Assembly (NCBI GenBank): GCA_946965045.2
Contig: OX337234.1
Location: 2,170,001 to 2,234,000 of the forward strand
Source of the DNA: Epithemia pelagica
Lineage: Eukaryota; Protista; Bacillariophyta
Reading direction: 5' to 3'
Length of the DNA stretch: 64,000 bases
Part shown: in pieces, positions 1 to 10,885 of the stretch
Layout of the letters: each line of letters starts with the position of its first letter
Position numbering within the stretch: the first letter of the stretch is position 1
The notes under the pieces: generated by a model
What the model saw: the letters and a program-made list of their open reading frames with translations, nothing else
Told to the model about the DNA's origin: nothing
Database searches by the model: none
Translations under genes and position numbers: made by a program

Positions 1-275
1 ACCATAGCCGATCTTGTCAATCGTTGGACTGTCGACCACACATGGGACCCACCTCCCCACCCAATGGAGAACCTCGCCTCTTCGGCGCCCACGCAGCCGC
101 CCGATCGTTCAGTTGTCACCGCCCCACCTCCAACCCATACTCGTCCCATTCAGCGACTAACCAACCACGACATTCTGGCGGCCATTCCACCCACGCCCCC
201 GCCATCCAACCGATTCGTCCCTTACAAGCCTGGCCCGTTGGCTTATACCGATGTTTACCTTGACGACACTATACA

Positions 276-1038
276 GAAATTGCCTTAAAAGCTTGTTCTG
301 TCTCGGATTGCACTACAGATAGATTATCAACAAGCTAGCCTTTCGTCCTAGAGAGGTCGCGTCAATGTCCCAAAAGGCTAGGTCGTTCGTCCAAACATCA
401 TCCAAGATTTCGGGGAGGCAACGTGTTCTCGTAGGACAGAATTCAGGTCTCAGCGTATATCTACAACCGATTAAGCGCAAGAAAGTGCGCCGGTCAGTTG
501 GATGGCACGTGTCTTTAATTAATTTTGGTCCTGATGTCGGAAATCTGGTCCCGATCTCGGAATTCGGGTCGATCTCGGAATTCGGGCCAGATCTCGGAAT
601 TCGGGTCGATCTCGGAATTCGGGCCAGATCTCGGAATTCGGGTTTTTACTCTGAAATAAAGTATACTTTTGTCGGAATTCGGGTCGATCTCGGAATTCGG
701 GCCAGATCTCGGAATTCGGGTCGATCTCGGAATTCGGGCCAGATCTCGGAATTTGGTCTTTCCGTTGAACGGTTTTCAAGTTGCCGTGCCTGCTCGCAAT
801 ATCCTGTTTGACAGGTCAACTCGTCTCTCTATTGACTAGATAGCTAGGAGTACTATTAGCCATTATCGAAATTCGGGGTTTTAGCTATGGAATGGGAACA
901 CTTTCTACTTCAAGGAATGATTAACTAGGATAGGTTGTGCTATGGCTTTTGTCTGACTTCTCGTCCGGACTCGACAGGTCATTGCAAATCTCTTGGCAGC
1001 CTCTCGTCCGAGACGGAACCAGCTTTTAAGGCAATTTC
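276..1038. mobile_element. Non-autonomous DNA transposon (MITE-like), 763 bp, 32-bp TIRs, 3-bp TSD ACA
   Basis: Left TIR 276-307 GAAATTGCCTTAAAAGCTTGTTCTGTCTCGGA and right TIR 1007-1038 match at 30/32. ACA is at 273-275 and 1039-1041. Excision restores the RT frame. Confidence 0.92.
553..753. repeat. Two arrays (about 5+5 copies) of GATCTCGGAATTCGGG with alternating 18/19-bp period, inside the MITE
   Basis: Units at about 553, 571, 590, 608 and 627; an AT-rich gap at 643-671; then units at about 672 (partial), 686, 705, 723 and 742. Linkers alternate TC and CCA. Confidence 0.9.
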
Positions 1039-2052
1039 ACAACTGGCCCAGGGCTCCAAATCACGCCTCAATCGAATCCGGCGAACCTTGCTTCATAGCA
1101 CCGACTTGGTATTTCGACCCAATGACACCGACGACACCCAATTTGGAAGACGCGAACCGATTTCCGCCAAAAAACTGGGAAAAGGAGATGGCTGCTGGTC
1201 GACCTTCCAAACCATACTTGGTTGGGAGGTTGACTCCATTCGAAAAACAGTCGAACTCCCCTCACACCGCAAAGAGAAACTCATTACACTCCTGGCCAAT
1301 GTACGGAATAAAACAGTCGTCCCTATTGCCACTTGGCACAAGCTTCTGGGAGAGCTTCGGAGCATGGTGCTCGGAATCCCCGGTGGACGGGGTTTATTCT
1401 CCCACCTGCAGCAGTCCTTGTCAAACGCCTGCGGCCACGAATTCGTCGTCATTGATCAGCATGCGGCAGACCAATTGGCCGACTGGGAACAACTTGCACA
1501 TGATCTGGTTAGTCGTCCAACACGCATCGCAGAGATCATCCCGACGACGCCCAGTTACATCGGTGCTTGTGACGCCGCCCCTTCTGGCCTTGGTGGAGTT
1601 TGGCTCCCTCCCGATCGTCCTTCCCGCCACACTCCGTCACATCCCCCAATCGTTTGGCGTTGCCCTCTCCCGGATGCCATCCGGGCATTGGTTCAGAGTC
1701 CTACCAACCCGCACGGCCCCATCACCAACAACGACTTGGAATTGGCTGCCACGATAGCGCACGCCGACATCCTTGCGTCCGCCGTTGACGTCCGCGAAAA
1801 GACACTCGCCACGGGTTGTGATAATACAGCGGCGGTTGGTTGGGCCACTGCTGGCAGCACAACCTCCACGAGCCCGGCTTCGTACCTTCTTCGCGTTTCC
1901 AGCCTGCACCAACGGGCACATCGTTACATCCACAACCTCTCGTACCTCCCAGGCGTCCGCAACAAACTTGCTGATGACGCTTCACGGCTATTCTCACTCC
2001 CTGATCCACTTTTCCTCAAACATTTCAACTTCTCTTACCAGCAACGCAAACC

Positions 2053-3388
2053 ATGGTGTCTACTCCGGCCTCGGCCCGAGATAATTTCTACGTTGACCTC
2101 CGCCTTGCGCAGGCAACGGCTCGGGCATCCGTTACCCCAGGCCGTACCGAAGCACACGACCGCATCTGGAGCAAAACATGGGTCCCCTTCACCGAGGAAC
2201 TTGGGCTGGACCCCTACCTCCACGGCCTCGACGAAAAAATCCCGGTTCTCATGGTCTTCGCCCAGCGTGTCCGTGACGGACGCCGTAGCAGGAGTGGTCA
2301 ATCGGTCCGCGGTGACACCGTGGCTGACCAACTTTTGGCAATCGCCAAAGCGTTTATCACAGTGGGGTCCGCGGACCCACGCCTAAACCAGTTCGGACAA
2401 ATTGATCAGAGACTCCGGAATCTGTTGAAAGCCATGCGGAATGAAGATCCGCCACCTGTCCGACTACAACCCATCCCAATTCAAGTGATGCTTGCCGCAC
2501 AAACTCTGGCAGACGCTTCCCCACGTCGTCAAGATGAAGCCAAATCCGTCATCGACATGGCTTGGATCGCTTTCTTTTATATGCTTCGGGCCGGCGAGTG
2601 ACACGTGCGAGAACTACCCTTTGCGTGGACGTCAAATAAGATTCGCACGGGGCAGCAGAAAAATTGACCCGTCCGATTTTTGCTTTGACAACCTGGAACA
2701 AGCAACCCAGTCTTCCATCACGTTCGAACAGCAAAAAAATCGTCAGAAGGGCGAGATCATCGCGCACGGACGGAGTCGACATGCCATTGCTTGCCCAACG
2801 CGGGCACTGGCACGCCGCATCATGCACCTTCGCGACATGGGAGGGGGACCGAACACCCCCTTGTGCGCCATTCGTCCGCATAAAAATGGTTGGGTCGTCG
2901 TCACGTCAAACATGATTACCGACCTGCTGCGCCATGCCGTCCGCCTGGTTCCAGACTGTGGAATTGATCCGACCAACGTTCAAACACGCAGCTTGCGGGC
3001 AGGTGGCGCCATGGCTCTGCTTTGTGGGCGTGTTGATACCGACACCATCAAACTGGTCGGCCGTTGGCGCTCAGACGCCATGTTTAGATACCTGCACGCG
3101 CAGGCAACCCCCGTCATTGCAGACTTGGCGGCGAAAATGGTCCAACACGGTACCTTCTCCTTGGCACCAGGCGCTGATGTTCCCGAGGTAGAAGCGCACC
3201 TGCTGGATGTGGCTGCACCTTTCATCTCCTCCCCACCGACTCTCGACCACGAAACCCCAGACGACTCCCCTGATACTGCACAAAATACCTTTGCCCCTGA
3301 CAGTACCGACCACCCCCCTGGACAGGACCACGCAGCCAACCAAGCAGAGGACCGCACTCGTGTTGCCCGGGCTCATGGGCGGCGGTAG
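2053..3388 (+). pseudogene. Tyrosine recombinase of the retrotransposon, split by a frameshift near 2600
   Basis: ORF 2053..2601 ends AFFYMLRAGE*. ORF 2492..3388 continues with RSLRAGGAMALL and GRWRSDAMFRYL (catalytic R, R and Y motifs). Removing one G from GAGTGACACG gives RAGEYTCEN. Overlaps the RNase H ORF, as is typical of DIRS/Ngaro. Confidence 0.88.
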
Positions 3389-3564
3389 ACTACGCAGCGA
3401 ACTGCGGTTGCCAGAAACTACATCATCCACCGTAACCAACATCGAAAACAACACCAAAAAAAAAACCTACAACAAATCACACAGCGACGCAAACACATTT
3501 CACAATTCCCGTACCTCCGATACCTCCCGTCATCCACCGCGTCATGGTTGGCCCACCAACATTG

Positions 3565-3690
3565 GGCCTTTCTCCTGAGTGGTAGCATCGGGCTGGGGCT
3601 CCTAGATTCCTTTTCGCCCATCACGCACTATGACTTAGCTACCACGTCTATGAGGTCGGAGGAGGGACGCAACTTAGGTGGCGGTAGCCA
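3565..3690 (+). repeat. Split direct repeat copy B1 of the Ngaro-like element
   Basis: GGCCTTTCTCCTGAGTGGTAGCATCGGGCTGGGGCTCC...GGTGGCGGTAGCCA recurs at 3863-4417. Confidence 0.9.
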
Positions 3691-3862
3691 TTGATGTTGC
3701 GGTACGCACGACAGACGAGTGGACGGACCGGCGCGGCGAGAGCGCGGCGACATCTGTCACACTGCATTCGTCTTCCTGGAGTCAAGGCTCATTCTTTGCC
3801 TTTGGCCGCCACGAGAGACTGCTGGTACTCCTAGAATAGCTTAACCCACCCGACCCGCCCTT

Positions 3863-4417
3863 GGCCTTTCTCCTGAGTGGTAGCATCGGGCTGGGGCTCC
3901 TACCGTAATTTGCGGATTCCTGTCCCCCCGGAATGTACAAAAATTAAGAGGAGGGGGACAGGACTACGCAATTTCGGATAATTTTTCTTAAGATTCCATT
4001 CACACACTACAATTAATTTCTAAGTAAATTAATTTTCAACCTCGGGGTTGTAGAGAGCGTTTGGTCGCACAATTCCAGTCAGGGGAAAGACCGTGCTTCA
4101 ATGCGTAGCCTTAACCCAAATCATAATACCCATCATGCTTTATCTCTTGTTTCTCCTCTTTGATTCACTCCCATGTAATGTCAGGCAGTGTGATAGAAAG
4201 CTCGGAACGTGAGGAATGTGGGGGTAACCCATAAGCCCAGAAAGAACCTACAGATAAAAAGTTAGGGGGCCATGTACGTTTAAGGGGAGTGGGGGGGACA
4301 GGACTATAGGGGGGACAGGAATCCGCAAATTACGGTAGGAGTAGATTCCTTTTCGCCCATCACGCACTATGACTTAGCTACCACTCGGAGGGGACGCAAC
4401 TTAGGTGGCGGTAGCCA
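3863..4417 (+). repeat. Split direct repeat copy B2 (probable 3' end of the element), interrupted by a MITE
   Basis: Matches B1 apart from the insertion at 3903-4341 and small deletions (GTCTATGAGG and 2 bp). Confidence 0.88.
3903..4335. mobile_element. MITE, 433 bp, perfect 27-bp TIRs starting CCGTA, flanked by TA (Tc1/mariner-pogo type)
   Basis: CCGTAATTTGCGGATTCCTGTCCCCCC at 3903-3929 and its reverse complement at 4309-4335. TA at 3901-3902 and 4336-4337. Extra internal GGGGGACAGGAC motifs near 3953 and 4293. Confidence 0.88.
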
Positions 4418-4630
4418 CTTTGTGCGTGCGTATCGACGACCACATCACGCAAGATCACGCAGTCCCACAGACATCAGACATTATCGAGGTGTAGTAGATT
4501 GACTCAGGCGATGTCGGAGATGGTTCAGATCCAACAACAACAACAACAACAACAGGTAGTCTGCGCATGGCCTTGGCATAAAACGAGTTCCCCTTGAAAG
4601 TCAATTACGAACAAAGACCGCACTGCAACG

Positions 4631-5414
4631 ATGAGATTCTCTCAGATTGTATTTCTACTGCAACTGTCGTGTTTAGCGGCCGTGACATCGGCATTCTCCG
4701 CCTTGTCGGGTTTCACAAATGCATTTACGACAAGCTCCCGTGTCACAACCGTATCCAACCAGGGAACCATGGTCATGGAGTATGTCCGTAAGTTGAAAAA
4801 GACATTGTACACGCTCTATTGATGCAATTCTCGCCGTGTTTCTGATTATTGTAATGCCTCTTTTGTTGGACCGGTTGCAGCAAGTGGCATGTCAAAAGAC
4901 CAGTATAGAAAGCTGAAGGCTCAGGAAAAGAAGAAGACTCAGGGCAAAGACCTAGGGAAGGTTGGAATCACCAGCTTCAAGAGCCGGTCATTTGCCGATT
5001 GGCAGGCGAGTGGTGGAAAGAACTTGTTCCCTGTGGACCCTCGCACCGCAAAGAATGCCAAGGAGATTCCCTACATGTAAGGATTATATTTCTCCGTGTC
5101 ACAAGACATGGTTCACTTCTTTGAGATGCAGTACGTGACTAATCTCTTCTCTATCTTTCCATGTCCTGTAGGCAACGCCCTGGAGGTTCCGCTGATGATT
5201 CGTAAGTCAAACAATGTGTCTCAAAGATGATTGTCACTGTGTGGGAATCTTTCTGCAACAGTACATACTTACCGCCTGGTTGAATTCTTGTAATTTAAAT
5301 CACAGCGATTTGGGAAAGAAAGGCGGTGGTTTCAACTTGTTTGGAATGGGAAAGAAAAAACCAGAAAAGAAAGAGCCGGAACCAGAAAAGCCAAGAAACT
5401 GGTGGACTCTGTAA
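4631..5414 (+). CDS. Small plastid-targeted conserved algal protein, 4 exons
   Basis: Signal peptide and VTSA-FSA cleavage motif. Predicted introns 4788-4880, 5077-5171 and 5202-5305 (all GT-AG) join into MEYVPSGMSKDQYRK...PYMQRPGGSADDSDLGKK...NWWTL. Confidence 0.8.
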
Positions 5415-6111
5415 TTCTTTTGTGGTCAGCCCCAATATCCATCTCATTACATAATAACCCGCAGTAGCAATGAAGTATACAACCTAGTTTACTTCAATTA
5501 AACCACCTGCTCTCTACATCATGAAGAGTGCCAGTCAGCGACAGCTCTTTACTTTTATTAATCCTCTATTGAAACTGTTATGAAAACATTTCTGCTCGGT
5601 CTATACGTCATTTTGTCGCGCCTACAAGGAACAACCACATGCGTGAGTTGAAATGTTTGCACAAGATAAGGACCCTTGTAGACACAAATATAGTCCTGAG
5701 GGCTGTGATCGGTGATATTCATCTCCCAGGATCGAACCGTACGGTAGCCACCACCAAAAATTAAAATGGCACCGAGACATTCATCCCTCTCGGGATGACT
5801 GTCAAAAGATTGAATCTGGTTTTCTGTTGAAACCTGAAGGTTTGAGGAACTCACCTGCCAGGAGTTGATCCTAAAAATTAGAATGCTTCGCTTGTGAGGA
5901 TACTGTAGGTACCGGGAAAACCCCCAATCACCACTATCAGGAATGACGGGGACCATATGTGGTTCACCAAACGAATGCTGTTCCAGTAACGCACGACTCA
6001 ACTCCAAACGAACAGATTGAAATCAAGCTCAAAGGTTCTGGTGGTTCCACCTTCGCCATTTAACGTACCTCGATGCAACACGTGTCTAGTGTCCCTGACA
6101 TAGTCATACTT

Positions 6112-7515
6112 CTAAGGCTTAGGAGCCTCTGTCTTCCCTTCACTTGAATCTATTTCCATTGTGGGTGGATCGATGCCCTTCCTTGCCACAAATTGAACAC
6201 ATTGGTACGTCATGTTCATCATCGATCTTTGATCAGCGGTATACTTTGCAGGCAAGGAGGATCTTTCTTCGACGACTTCAAAGCCAACATTGACAAAGAC
6301 AGCCCGTACATCTTCCCATGACATGTCCATGCTACTTAGATACTTCTTGTCCAAGAACGAATAGCGACTTTCGTAGTCTTCCCATGTTTTGTCATCGGGT
6401 CTCATTGCTGGTCCTGACCAGTGCCACAACAACGGACCAAAATGAAAGACGAACCCACCTGGCTTGAGACTGTGGTACATAGTTGTGACATATTCAACGA
6501 TGGATGGAGAAGTATCCAAGAAGAAGCAGGCCACGAAACCATCCCAACGATCCTTTTCACGAGCATTGCCATAAATAGAAACAAACTCCCCAGCGGCCAT
6601 AGAGAACGCAGCAGGGCCATCATCAGAGTTGTTATTCGGAGAACTGTCAAGTTGATTGGTTTCCTGCATTTCATCACTTGTCTCAGAGGATCCTGGAGAC
6701 ATGATCATGTGATAAGGATCAACATCTGGGATTCCGACTGTCCGAGGTGGATCCGCAGGAGAGTGGACATTCCGCGATTCCATAAGAAACGGGGAGATTT
6801 TGAGAGGATGATCAGGTGTCATGCCTCCATTCAGAATGAAATCACTCGCCAACAGCATGTACAAGGAAAATTCATTTCCTTGAACTTCATAGCCCAATGC
6901 AGCTAGTTCGCATGCCAAGCGCCCGACACCCGCACCCGGAACACACAATCTAGCAGGCGCACCCAATGTCTTCGTAACCGAACCATTTGAGTTGGATGGC
7001 CTTCGAGATGGCAAGTATTGCTGAACTTTTTCCAGAATTGGAATGTAGGACAAGTCTCTTTCTTCCTTTCCTTCAGCAGACCAGTCCCTGGCCAATGATT
7101 TGAGAACGCTTGAAACTTTACTCATTTGTGAATCGGTCGAATGCTTAATTGCTTCCTGCGATCGTAAAACGTCTTGCGATATGGGTTGACCGGCATGTCG
7201 CAAAATACAGTCCAGGCAAAACTGGTTTCGAATGGCAGCTTCTTTGTACGCTCGAGCTCGTTCTTGAAACTCGGGAGTCTCGCGCCTCAGCCCAGAGGGT
7301 AGGAACTGCCGTTGTTCTTCCGGTAAGGCATGCAATCGATACTGATGATTGGCCCACTGTGCCATGGCAAACGTCGCATATTGACGATATGTACGGCAAA
7401 CATCCTCCCAGTGTGTCTTCTCTTCGACATCGTGTGCCAAATAGGTACTATATGCATGAGAGAGTGAGTGATGTTCCTGTTTCGTGTCGCTAACGCCTGC
7501 TTCATTGCCCTCCAT
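6112..7515 (-). CDS. CARNMT1: Carnosine N-methyltransferase / N2227-family SAM methyltransferase
   Basis: LKSLARDWSAEG, VPGAGVGRLA, GNEFSLYMLLAS, ACFFLDT, LKPGG...GPLLWH. Confidence 0.9.
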   Translation of the reverse strand: MEGNEAGVSDTKQEHHSLSHAYSTYLAHDVEEKTHWEDVCRTYRQYATFAMAQWANHQYRLHALPEEQRQFLPSGLRRETPEFQERARAYKEAAIRNQFCLDCILRHAGQPISQDVLRSQEAIKHSTDSQMSKVSSVLKSLARDWSAEGKEERDLSYIPILEKVQQYLPSRRPSNSNGSVTKTLGAPARLCVPGAGVGRLACELAALGYEVQGNEFSLYMLLASDFILNGGMTPDHPLKISPFLMESRNVHSPADPPRTVGIPDVDPYHMIMSPGSSETSDEMQETNQLDSSPNNNSDDGPAAFSMAAGEFVSIYGNAREKDRWDGFVACFFLDTSPSIVEYVTTMYHSLKPGGFVFHFGPLLWHWSGPAMRPDDKTWEDYESRYSFLDKKYLSSMDMSWEDVRAVFVNVGFEVVEERSSLPAKYTADQRSMMNMTYQCVQFVARKGIDPPTMEIDSSEGKTEAPKP

Positions 7516-8160
7516 GCTGGCTGTCGTGAAATCCAGACAAATTGGAAAAGAGGGGGGAAACGTTAGATCGTTTCAATGTAATTCTCAATCAGGACTCCGA
7601 GTGCAACGAAAGTAGATCACGGGCGTCAGACATTATGAAAAAAGATTTCTGTTCCAGAGGAATCGGCCTTCATCTCGTGGTGAGTGAAAATATCCACATG
7701 ACGAAGTTTTGACAGTCTCTGGGCATCACGCTTGGGGGGTGTAGGCATTTTGGATCAAATCGACAAAAGCAAAGACCACAGGTATCTCGAAACTTGGATT
7801 TCCAAGATCCTTCAGCACTCACCTGCTGATTGCTGTTACCAATCCTATGACCAACTGTCGATAAACAGTGTCCCCAGCTCTTGTGTATTTGTTTTCGCTA
7901 CAATGTTCCAAACATTATAACCTGCCCTTTATCATTGTGCTGGCTGTCCGGCGGATGCCATTAGAAAGATCGTGGATGTGGATGTGGGTGAGCATTACAA
8001 GCGACTCATAGACGAATCATCCGACAACCCTATGGTCTCGGTCGCGGATTCCGTCATTGGAATGCTTGTCTGACAATGATGAACGGAGAAGGGAAGCCGC
8101 TGAAAGGAACTGCCGTTGCGCTCATTGTCTTGAGTGGTCTCACAAAATACACGAAGAGAG

Positions 8161-10705
8161 ATGAGTGACATGATGAACGACCAACTTGTGAATGATCAAG
8201 CTTCCGTATCGTCCTCCAGTTCTGATGAATCTTCAGAAGAAGAAGAAGAGGAAGGATTGCGGAAAGGCGGCTTGTCTTTGCTGGAAAAGCGAGCCCTGAA
8301 CGTAGAACGCAATAAGGCTTTCCTCAACTCATTGGGGTTACTCAAGACGAAGAAAAAAGACTTGGAACCAGGATTGGAAAAGGAACATGAATCCGGCAAT
8401 CCTGAGACGAAGTTAGAGGGCTCGACCCGTGGAGGTGGAATTCTCTTACCACCCTGGCCATCACCAAACAAATCGACACGATCCACTTCGGATGCACTGT
8501 CATCATCGCCAGTGGCATCATCGTACACATCATCATACTTTCAACAAGTTCAGGACATTTTATTCAACTTTCCGGGTCGCGCCGACCAGGTTCATCAACT
8601 GGCTGCGTTGTTACTCAATGGACAGAGTGCAGGGATTCCTATTTTTGTGACAGGCTCGTCGGGGACTGGCAAAACCGATTTGGTACAACGGATTTGTAAG
8701 ACTGCCGTCGCAATTGCAAACCAGACTCCTCGCTCGAACCGATCCGACAATGATCCCAGCACAAGCAAGAAGGTTGTCGTCGTTTATACCCATGTGAACA
8801 TTGCCACAAGTCGAGATGCTTGGATAAGACAAATTCATCAATCGGTGCAAACACAACTCCATATCAATGAATCCAACAAATCCAGAAAGAGAAAGCGACC
8901 GAAACAAAAGAATCCCGAAAAGAAAAAGAGCAAAAGCTTGACCGACAGTCATGCTGGTCCCACCAAAGGAGAAAGCAACGAAGAACGGCAAGAGGAAAAG
9001 GAAGAGGATAATGAAAGACGATATCCTCTTCGATCGCAGAGAGCCGTGTCTTCTGCAGATACAATTTCTAGTATGACGAAGCAAGTCCCAAAACCAAAGA
9101 GGGTATCCAAAGCCACTGCCGAAGACATGGTCATCACGGTTCAAGACGATTCCACACCAGCCGCTGCGTCATCCAACCTAACCGCTCCACAACCCTTAGC
9201 AATGCATTCCCTGGGACGATTTCTACAGCAAAGCTTATTGTCCGGACATCCGTATGGAGAACACGACAAGAGAGAGCGTCGAATGATTCTGGTTATTGAT
9301 CAAGCAGAGTTCTTGTTTGCTGATCATGGTAAGCGGGCGTCGAACATGCATCCAAATGCCTTGGCACAGCTGCTATTATTACCACGGACCATGGGATTGA
9401 CGAAACATTTGACGATTTTGGTAATTTCCAATAGCCTTCTTTTGGGTCGGACGAGTACGTTGCGAGAACATTTGATTCGTGATCGTCTCTCAACGAAGTG
9501 CCGCTGATTACATCATCAATTTTCTGTTGGTTGTTCTTGTTCTTGTCCTTTCCAGGGATGAATATGTATGTTACGTCGGCTCAGTCTCTGGGCACTGTGC
9601 TAGGAAATCTGCAGCCCATTCAAGTTTACTTTCCGGCGTACGCGGGAACACAAACATTTCATAACGTACGTCCAACAGAAAATCTCTTCAATGCTTACTG
9701 CCTGTGCTCTCATCTCTTGCCATTTTTTTGTGTTTGGTACAGATTTTTAGCACTGACAGAGTCTCCCTCCTTGTCACTGGTGATCCTCAGCTGGTCGCCC
9801 CTAAAGGGAAGGATACGAACGTTGCGTATGGACCCGACCGCAACACGGACCGGCATTCGACGTTTCAGTCCCTCGTGTACCAAAGCTTTGTCCGCACCTT
9901 TGTTGCGACCATGTATGATATTTGCAATGATATGAATGAGCTCATTCGAATGGCACGTTTACTGTGGCCAATTTACATCCAACCGTTGTCGTCAACCGCC
10001 GACCTTGAACAAACTTTCAAACAGACAGCGACCCAACAAGGGAAACCTCCAAATGACCCATGCACTTCCGAGACCAAGACGATGGATGCCATTGTACTGG
10101 AATATCTCGACCGGCGGGCATTGGGGAAATTTCGGCATGCCGTAGATATGTGCTTTAGTTCCATCGCTGCTTGGAATGCAAGTAAGAGTTCTCGGAAAAA
10201 TCATCCAGGGAACAATCCGATGGAGTTCATGTCCCGACATGCTCGATATCTGTTGCTAGCTGCATACTTGTGTCAAGTGAATCGGCCAGATCAGGACCGA
10301 GCACTCTTCTCAATTGAAAGGAATGGTCGCCCTTCTCGGAAACGTGGGACAGGTTCCGAGGAAACACCAACGTCCGATAACACAACCAGCAAGAATTTTC
10401 GACTTCGGTCCTTCCCCATGGAACGGATGCTTTCCCTCTACGTCAGCCTAGTTGCTCTGCATGAAACCCTTTCGTTGGAGGAAGACAATTCACGTCAGTA
10501 TGCAACCACATCGTTGCAAGAACGATTTGGCGAATGGCTTCATCACCTACAATCACTTGGCGTCATCCAAGAAACGTCGTCTTCTCAAGACAAATACGGC
10601 TCTATTCGCTTGTCGGCGCCGCGGTATACCTGCAACATTACTTCCGATCAAGCTCACAGTGTGGCCTCAAGCCTAGACTTTCCACTGGATAGATACGTGT
10701 TTTAA
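8161..10705 (+). CDS. ORC5: Origin recognition complex subunit 5 with long low-complexity insertions, 3 exons
   Basis: FPGRADQV, Walker A GSSGTGKT, VIDQAE, IQVYFPAY, and ORC5-like C-terminus (RYLLLAAYLCQVN, FPMERMLSLY, YTCNIT...VASSLDFPLDRY). Predicted introns 9455-9555 and 9666-9742. Confidence 0.88.
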
Positions 10706-10885
10706 CCATGCTCTGAAAGGAGTTCAACTACGAGATCGAAACCATCATACACGTCAAGCGCAGTTGTCGCTGCTTTCCCATCAACACGAGACTGACAGAG
10801 CCGCTTTTCTGCGCGGCCAAGGAATCGATTGTTGAATATGGTAATTGGAATGAGCGAGAGGATCGACACTGATTTAAGGTTCGAT

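Larger units (their letters stand above)
1..2386 (+). pseudogene. Reverse transcriptase-RNase H ORF interrupted by a 763-bp insertion
   Basis: Frame is open from base 1 (TIADLVNRW...PHPMEN...YTDVYLDDTIQ). Removing 276-1041 rejoins it in frame with ORF 935..2386 to give YLDDTIQLAQGSKSRLNRIRR. Confidence 0.9.
1..4417 (+). mobile_element. DIRS/Ngaro-type tyrosine recombinase retrotransposon, 3' portion (5' end upstream of window), disrupted
   Basis: RT motif YTDVYLDD, RNase H (IGACDAAPSGLGGVW, ITNNDLELAA, CDNTAAV, NKLADDASR), an overlapping tyrosine recombinase ORF, and split direct repeats at 3565-3690 and 3863-4417. No methyltransferase domain seen, which favours Ngaro. Confidence 0.9.

Noticed and set aside
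553-753. CRISPR-like appearance of the repeat array
   Set aside because: Linkers are only 2-3 bp and repeated, there are no unique spacers or cas genes, and the context is eukaryotic.
365-811. 148-aa ORF with repeated SRNSG/ISEFG
   Set aside because: Translation of the MITE's tandem repeats; not protein-like.
4533-4555. (CAA)n run
   Set aside because: Ordinary short microsatellite.
5558-6007. 149-aa minus-strand ORF
   Set aside because: No ATG start and no recognisable motif; lies in or just beyond the CARNMT1 3' region. It could be a small gene but cannot be supported.
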